NCBI GenBank assembly: GCA_965202585.1
Contig: OZ241827.1
Span: forward strand, 22,878,001 to 22,942,000
Length of the DNA stretch: 64,000 nt
Direction: 5' to 3'
Source of the DNA: Thalia democratica
Lineage: Eukaryota
This document shows, in pieces, positions 59,201-64,000 of the stretch; the first letter of the stretch is position 1; every line of letters starts with the position of its first letter. A program made the translations under genes and the position numbers. Under the pieces are notes generated by a model that was not told the DNA's origin, made no database searches, and was given only the letters and a program-made list of their open reading frames with translations.

Positions 59201-62200
59201 TAAAAATTATTAAAAATGTTTTTAAAACAACATAATGATGTGTAAAGCAAAACAAACCGTTATCCTACAATGTATACAAAAATATTTTTTATAAACAAAA
59301 CTGAGTTATTTTTTAACTCGAAACTTTTGAAAATACTTTCAAGTTCAGTATCTAAACTTGATGTTTCTAGGGCACGAAGATGGCCAAGGACGTCAGGGAT
59401 AATGAGAGAGCGGGAAGGGCTCAGGTCTACATCGTGGACGGGGAAAATGAGAGAGGAGAGAAGGCCGCGTTTGACGTCAGTTGAAATAAAAAATAATAAT
59501 TTAAAATTTTGTTTTGAAATAAAGAAAACAATAATGAATTCTTTGAATTATCGAAAATACATTTACAGTATTTATGATTGCGAAAAGTGAAACGAAACCT
59601 GTTTAAACTTTGTTCTTGAGCGTTGAAAAGTGAAAGTAATGATTTTGGAGAAGCACCAAGACTTAAGTTTTATTGTAATTATTAAATTTTTAGGGCATGG
59701 TTAAAATTCTCGGAGCGAAGCCTTCGACCTTAGCAAACGCCGTCCCTGACGAGAAAGCATCCAGAGACAGATTGAGCAACCTAAAACTTTTTCAGTAAGT
59801 TTTTTTTTGTAAAAGAAATATTTTAAATCAGTTTTTAAAGTTTTTATTTTTAGTTTGTCAGTTTTTATTTGTAACGTACTTGCATTTCAACTATCCTTTT
59901 TTTTTATAGCTTAAGAAATCATGAATGAAATACATAGATAAAACTTGTTAAGTTATCTAAAAATTGTGCTTCTCTATTTTATCGTAATAACACAATTTAG
60001 GCTAGCAAAAACAGTTGCACATGGGCTTGTTTTAAGTACATCTTTTTAAAATCTCTTTAGCTTTTTGTTATTGGAGCTTTTTATTTACATTTTCTTAAGC
60101 ATTTTCAGTCTTACAGTTAACGCCCACATAAAAAAAACGTTTATTTATTTAACAATGATTGATTCATAAAACATTAAAATATTTTTTTTTATACTTTTGA
60201 TGATTTTTTAAAGCACCTTTCAAAATTTAGTTTTTTCTTTTAAGGCATATTTTTGAAATAAGGGACTTTATTAAGTCAAAACTTTTATTTATGAATTTAA
60301 ATTTAGCACTTGATGTATAAAAAACCTCGATTAAAGATACATCTGCATCTCTAAATAAAGTGCGTGTAGTTGTTTAAATACATTGTTGCCTTCCATTAAT
60401 AATATAAAATTATTTGATCTGTAGTTTAAAAGTTAAATCGAACTAAGTCATTATTAGTTAATGAAAAATGAAAAAAAAAAACAGTAATCTAATAACTTTT
60501 AGTTTACAAAAATTTAATAAGCCCTTTTCTTCCATTCATATTATTAAAAGACGAAACTGTTTTTAGTTACAAAACTTTAAAAAAATTAATAAAAAATTCT
60601 GAACTGAAAAAGATCATGTATAGAAAACATCTTATAACAAATTGCAAAACTGATTACAAAAAACATCTATAGTGGTAAAAATGAAATCTTTTTCAATAAT
60701 TCTCTTTAATATTTAATTGTTTTTATTATCTTTAATTAAAATATAAAGTCTTTTATTGTATAAGTAACAGCTCTATAAAAGTTATCTTTAAATAAACTTA
60801 AAACTAAATCCAAATTTTGTGGCTGCTTTTAGGTTTGTTATGCTTTCTATTCATAAATAAATAAATATACTTAGCTTTCTAGATATTAGATTGACTGTAA
60901 AAGATTTTAAAATTCAAAAATTACGAAACATACAATATGCTTATACTCAACAATATTCTACAGTGTTTCAGACGACTCAGGTCAACTGACCGTTCAGGAA
61001 GTTGCCACGAAACCTCTGACGCAGGACTTGCTCAACCATAACGTTAGTTAAACAAAGTAAAGTTTTTATTTATGCTTACAAAGCAAAATTAGAAGGTCCA
61101 CTATTTATTAACACTGTATTTTATTATTACAACCACATTTTTTTTAGGATTGCTACATCCTGGATCAGGGAGGCGCGAAAGTTTACGTTTGGAAGGGAAA
61201 ACACGCAACTCCAGAAGAACGATCTGGAGCCATGGCAAGAGCTTTGGTTTGTTTTTAAATTCTTAATATTTTTTTTTATAAAATAAAGCTCAAAAATAAA
61301 TTTTAAGGTAATATACAAATAACAAACAAAATAGTTGATAAATCAATCAAACTTGGCACTGTTTACTTAGAGAAACATAATTGAGTCGAATTCACTAAGG
61401 TGAAAATAAAAGATACATCAATGACAGGTCATTAAACTAAATACAATGCAAAAAAAATTATATTCTTCTTACTTCATCATCTTTGTAATTAAAGTAAACA
61501 ATAGTTGTAGCGTTAAATATACCAAATATTTTTCGCTGAGTTCCACTGCCTTATTAGTACTTTGGCTTGCTTTTCGACCTTCATGTGATGTCATAATGCC
61601 GTACTGAAACACACCTATGTTTGCTTAAATCGGAAAAGTCGCTTAGGTTCGATAAGGAATAAAAATAGTTGAAAAACTGTTTTGAAGTAATAATTAATCA
61701 CCTTTTAACTTAAACCGCAAAACCGAGTTTTATAAATAAAGTACCTTTTTTTACCACCTTTCATCAAAAAATGTCTTTAAAAAAATAAATAAAACCAGTA
61801 ACCTACTATAAATGATCACTAATTTACACTTCGATTTTTTTTTCAGGGCTACATGGCTGCCAAACAGTATGACCACCACACTCAGGCCGAGACGGTTCCG
61901 GACGGCAGCGAATCCATGCAGTTCAAGCAGCTGTTCAAGAGCTGGCGCGTCAAGGGAGAAACCGTCGGTCGCGGTTCGGTGCACACCAAAGGGAGAATAG
62001 GTTAGCTGGTGTTTTTGACAGCTTCGTTACATGAATTCACTTTTCCTTTTGTACAAAAACAAGCAAACAGCCATTGTGCTGAAAGTGTGCGCTAATGATT
62101 CAGCAAATAAAATGAATGCGATTGTTCAATACGTTTTGTGTAAACACACAACCAAAATGTTATTTTACCCAAAACATTTTCGAAATTCTTAGAACTAAAC

Positions 62201-64000
62201 TGATAATTACAAAGCGGGTACTTTTGTTTAGTCATGAGGGAAAAATTCTCAAAACTATAGTAAAAAAAATACTCTATTTTATTAATACGTACTACACTAA
62301 TATTGGTATTTATTTAAATAGATAAATGTTTTTAAAGAAACTTAGAAGCTTTAAAAACTTTAAAGACATAATTATCACTTCAAAAAACACTAAAAACAAT
62401 TTATTAATTTTTTACTTTATTTACAAACAAACAGCTAAGGTGAAACACGTGAAATTCGATGCAACCAGCATGCATGCGGAACCGCAACTAGCAGCACAAC
62501 ACAGGATGGTCGATGACGGCAGCGGTGACGTTGAGGTATGACGTCATAGTTACTTCTTTAGAAGTTACCTATATCAACTTATAACCTGCACGATTTTGCT
62601 AAAAATTTTAGTATAGTACTAAGAAGTAAAAAATGAATAAATCTGCAATTTTTTTTTTACAAAATAAAACTAGTTTTGATAAAGTAAAAGTTATTGATGG
62701 CTGGATGAAAATATAGATTAAGTAATTTTTAATGACAAGTTATAGTCAACTATTGAAAATCAGATTTGGAGAATTGAGGGCAGTGAGCTCGTTCCAGTGA
62801 ATAAGAAGGCCTACGGACAGTTCTACGGTGGAGACTGCTACGTTGTTTTGTACACTTACGAAAATGCTGGAAGGAAACAGTACATCATTTACTTTTGGCA
62901 GGTACAATCATGCAAAAAATATATATGTATTGTACTTTAAAATGCTATTTATCAAAATATTGGTTCAGATAAATCATCTTTCTTAAATATTTTAAATGTC
63001 ACTCAGGGAAGACATGCGACTCAAGATGAGATTGCGGCTTCCGCCTTCCACACGGTTGCTCTTGACGATAAGTACGGTGGAGCCCCTGTACAAGTTCGCG
63101 TTGTCATGGGAAAGGAACCCAAGCACTTCATGGCAATGTTCAAGGGTCAAATGATCATTTACGAGGTTAAAACTTGTTAACACCTAATTTACTTAGTTTT
63201 AACTATAAAAAGACTAATACACGTAAAATATACTGTGAATGTTTCTTTTAGGGAGGCACTTCGAGGGAAGGAGGTCAGAGTGAGGACTCTCCGATCAGGC
63301 TCTTCCAAGTCAAGGGATCAGATCATCTCAACACCAAAGCAATCGAAGTTAAAGTAGCGTAAGTTTTTATTCTTTCTCAAAAACCTAATAGTACTTTTAT
63401 TAAAAAAATTTATATTAACAACCTGGGTTATTAAAAATCTACAAAAGTTGTTTAACCACATTAAAAATGATCACAGAGCTGCTTCGTTGAACTCGAACGA
63501 CGTGTTCTTGCTGAAGTCGCCGAAGAACGTGTGGATGTGGTGCGGAAAAGGGTGCAGCGGCGACGAGAGAGAAATGACAAAGCATCTCGCCACCGTCATT
63601 TCCAAACGGTTTTTAGAAAAGTATTAATAAACTAGTAGACTTGTATTGGATACGTAAAAACAATTGCTTAATATCCTCAAAGCACAATAGTTATTTTTTT
63701 GATTCAATTTGATTTGAGGTTGTAGCTGCCTTAGCAAAAAAAAAGATATAATTTTTAAAGCCAGATTTTTCAAAAACTCTTTTTACTAGTTTAATTTCGC
63801 GACCCTAAAAAAACACTGGAATTGTAACAAAATGCTCATATAACAAAAACTGATTGAATTTAATTGACAATTTAGAAAACGAAATCTTTCAACAGCGACA
63901 TCGAAACGTTGTCGGAGGGGACCGAGCCCGCCCTGTTCTGGGCCACGCTGGGAGGGAAAGCCCCTTATGCGGACAGCGGAAGGATGCAGGAGGAAGAGGG
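56202..64000 (+). CDS. VIL1/AVIL: Villin/advillin-like gelsolin-superfamily actin-binding protein, 3'-truncated by the window end (gelsolin repeats 1-5 visible)
   Basis: Exons 56202-56276, 56562-56636, 56699-56774, 57505-57625, 58318-58537, 59371-59475, 59694-59794, 60964-61042, 61148-61246, 61847-62000, 62435-62535, 62764-62901, 63007-63165, 63252-63358, 63477-63608, 63896->64000; phases consistent. Motifs: [89 protein letters not shown]. The headpiece is not visible, so villin versus gelsolin/scinderin is not settled. Confidence 0.9.

Noticed and set aside
1-64000. tRNA, rRNA, snRNA, CRISPR arrays, transposase/RT ORFs, U12-type or non-GT-AG introns
   Set aside because: None recognised. All 46 reconstructed introns are GT-AG and none has the GTATCCTT U12 donor. 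A covariance-model search (Infernal/Rfam, tRNAscan-SE) would be needed to exclude small RNAs.

Overview
AT-rich eukaryotic genomic DNA from an intron-rich invertebrate, most likely a tunicate (inference: Amt-family gene, which vertebrates lack, next to chordate-like villin and CTL genes; short introns; mosaic CpG depletion). I reconstructed five protein-coding genes exon by exon: (1) last exon of mitochondrial ribosomal protein S12 (+, 1420-1530); (2) a 3-exon, 345-aa nuclear protein with an IER/SERTA-like N-terminus (+, 13314-15694); (3) a 19-exon, 725-aa choline transporter-like SLC44A2/4/5 co-orthologue (-, 41549-20869); (4) a 12-exon, 683-aa highly divergent ammonium transporter with a ~275-aa tail (+, 47291-53559); (5) a villin/advillin-type gene, 16 coding exons visible, running off the window (+, 56202->64000). 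No tRNA, rRNA, CRISPR array or transposon ORF was recognised. Best leads: (a) the IER/SERTA-like protein, which combines a putative PP2A-B55-docking helix pair with MYC-like WDR5-binding and eh1/Groucho-type motifs and sits in a ~28-kb field of CpG-rich, CRE/AP-1/ETS/Su(H)-bearing blocks extending into the enlarged 3' introns of the convergent SLC44 gene; (b) an Amt that keeps the twin-His pore but appears to have lost both Phe gates, with a switchable long tail (candidate sensor or altered-substrate channel); (c) a Pro-to-Ala change in the conserved S12 DLPG decoding loop; (d) about half of the 5' splice sites have U at +3. All family calls are by-eye motif recognition; no searches were run.
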